Below are positions 62,400-64,000 of a DNA stretch of 64,000 bases, in pieces. The stretch is from assembly GCF_037038585.1 (NCBI RefSeq), contig NC_092556.1:450619-514618 (forward strand), written 5' to 3'. Origin of the DNA: Patagioenas fasciata (lineage: Eukaryota). Made by a program: the position numbers and the translations under genes. Within the stretch, counting starts at the first letter, position 1. The number at the start of each line of letters is the position of its first letter. A model generated the notes under the pieces. The model was not told where the DNA came from, did not search any database, and saw nothing but the letters and a program-made list of their open reading frames with translations.

Positions 62400-63840
62400 G
62401 GGTCTGGGAAGCCCATAACTGAGGGACCCAGGCGTCCGGGCCCCACATCTCCCCCCCAAATGCCACCTAAGGGAGGGACCCAGGCGTCCGGGCCCCACAT
62501 CTCCCCCCCAAATGCCACCTGAAGCAGGGACCCAGGCGTCCGGGCCCCACATCTCCCCCCCAAATGCCACCTGAAGCAGGGACCCAGGCGTCCGGGCCCC
62601 ACATCTCCCCCCCAAATGTCACCTAAGGAAGGGACCCAGGCGTCCGGGAGGGACCCAGGCGTCCGGGCCCCACATCTCCCCCCACCCAAATGCCACCTAA
62701 GGGAGGGACCCAGGCGTCCGGGCCCCACATCTCCCCCCCAAATGCCCCCTAAGGGAGGGACCCAGGCGTCCGGGCCCCACATCTCCCCCCCAGATGCCAC
62801 CTGAAGCAGGGACCCAGGTGTCCGGGAGGGACCCAGGCGTCCGGGCCCCACATCTCCCCCCCCAAATGCCCCCTAAGGGAGGGACCCAGGCGTCCGGGCC
62901 CCACATCTCCCCCCCCAAATGCCACCTAAGGGAGGGACCCAGGCGTTCGGGCCCCACATCTCCCCCCCAAATGCCACCTAAGGGAGGGACCCAGGCGTCC
63001 GGGCCCCACATCTCCCCCCCCAAATGCCCCCTAAGGGAGGGACCCAGGCGTCCGGGCCCCACATCTCCCCCCCCAAATGCCCCCTAAGGGAGGGACCCAG
63101 GCGTCCGGGCCCCACATCTCCCCCCCCAAATGTCACCTAAGGGAGGGACCCAGGCGTCCGGGAGGGACCCAGGCATCCGGGCCCCACATCTCCCCCCCAA
63201 ATGCCCCCTAAGGGAGGGACCCAGGCGTCCGGGCCCCCCATCTCCCCCCCCAAATGCCCCCTAAGGGAGGGACCCAGGTGTCCGGGCCCCACATCTCCCC
63301 CCCCAAATGCCCCCTAAGGGAGGGACCCAGGCGTCCGGGCCCCACATCTCCCCCCCAAATGCCCCCTAAGGGAGGGACCCAGGCGTCCGGGCCCCACATC
63401 TCCCCCCCAGATGTCACCTAAGGGAGGGACCCAGGCGTCTGGGCCCCACATCTCCCCCCCAAATGCCCCCTAAGGGAGGGACCCAGGCGTCCGGGCCCCA
63501 CATCTCCCCCCCAAATGTCACCTAAGGGAGGGACCCAGGCGTCCGGGCCCCACATCTCCCCCCCCAAATGCCACCTAAGGGAGGGACCCAGGCGTCCGGG
63601 CCCCACATCTCCCCCCCCAAATGTCACCTAAGGGAGGGACCCAGGCGTCCGGGCCCCACATCTCTCCCCCAAATGCCCCCTAAGGGAGGGACCCAGGCGT
63701 CCGGGCCCCACATCTCCCCCCCAAATGCCCCCTAAGGGAGGGACCCAGGCGTCCGGGCCCCACATCTCCCCCCCCAAATGCCCCCTAAGGGAGGGACCCA
63801 GGCGTCCGGGAGGGACCCAGGCGTCCGGGCCCCACATCTC
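62400..63840. repeat. 60-bp satellite GGGACCCAGGCGTCCGGGCCCCACATCTCCCCCCCAAATGCCCCCTAAGGGA, about 24 units
   Basis: Direct reading. It shares the GGGACCCAGGCGTCCGGG core with the arrays at 1925-3950, 6520-6610, 37990-39060, 39245-40020 and 52020-52100. Confidence 0.95.
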
Positions 63841-64000
63841 CCCCATCCCCCGCTACCTCCTCCCGGCGCCGCCACCTCCGGGTCCCCGAGCGCACGTGGG
63901 GGGAGGGGCCACCCCCCCTCCCCTCCCCCACCCCCAGGAAGCTGCGGGCGCCGTGGGGCAGGAAACGTGTGGGGCAGGAAATGTGTGGGGCAGGAAACGT

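Overview
This window is vertebrate nuclear DNA, not prokaryotic, and most likely comes from a bird microchromosome (inferred from the extreme GC content and minisatellite load). About 75-80% of it is GC-rich tandem minisatellite, in more than 35 distinct arrays with periods of 9-230 bp. The six-frame track is dominated by spurious long ORFs that these repeats generate. Real genes sit as short unique islands inside the arrays. On the minus strand there are MFAP4-like fibrinogen-domain exons. On the plus strand there is a near-complete SRRM2: an ATG exon, nine small exons, a 5.0-kb giant RS/Thr-Val-repeat exon ending in poly-Ser, and a second poly-Ser exon, with all splice phases consistent. Elongin B (ELOB) lies on the minus strand as four exons with a TATA-less YY1/CCAAT promoter. 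A 6-exon testisin/marapsin-family (PRSS21/PRSS27-like) trypsin-type serine protease lies on the plus strand, with an intact H/D/S triad and a hydrophobic C-tail. LAT adaptor exons lie on the minus strand, carrying the TM-CxxC start and the DDYVNVP, EYVNV and YENM motifs. The order SRRM2-ELOB-PRSS matches human 16p13.3. There is no CRISPR or prokaryotic system here. The points most worth a second look are these: exon fragments that keep their acceptor sites and have been copied inside satellite arrays; a promoter 5.6 kb upstream of the SRRM2 ATG with four ZNF143-type motifs plus YY1, CCAAT and ETS sites; an AT-richer island of about eight dispersed copies of a 21-bp motif; an unexplained 27-bp-period SQYN-repeat ORF; and a non-canonical R|NVGG activation site in the protease.
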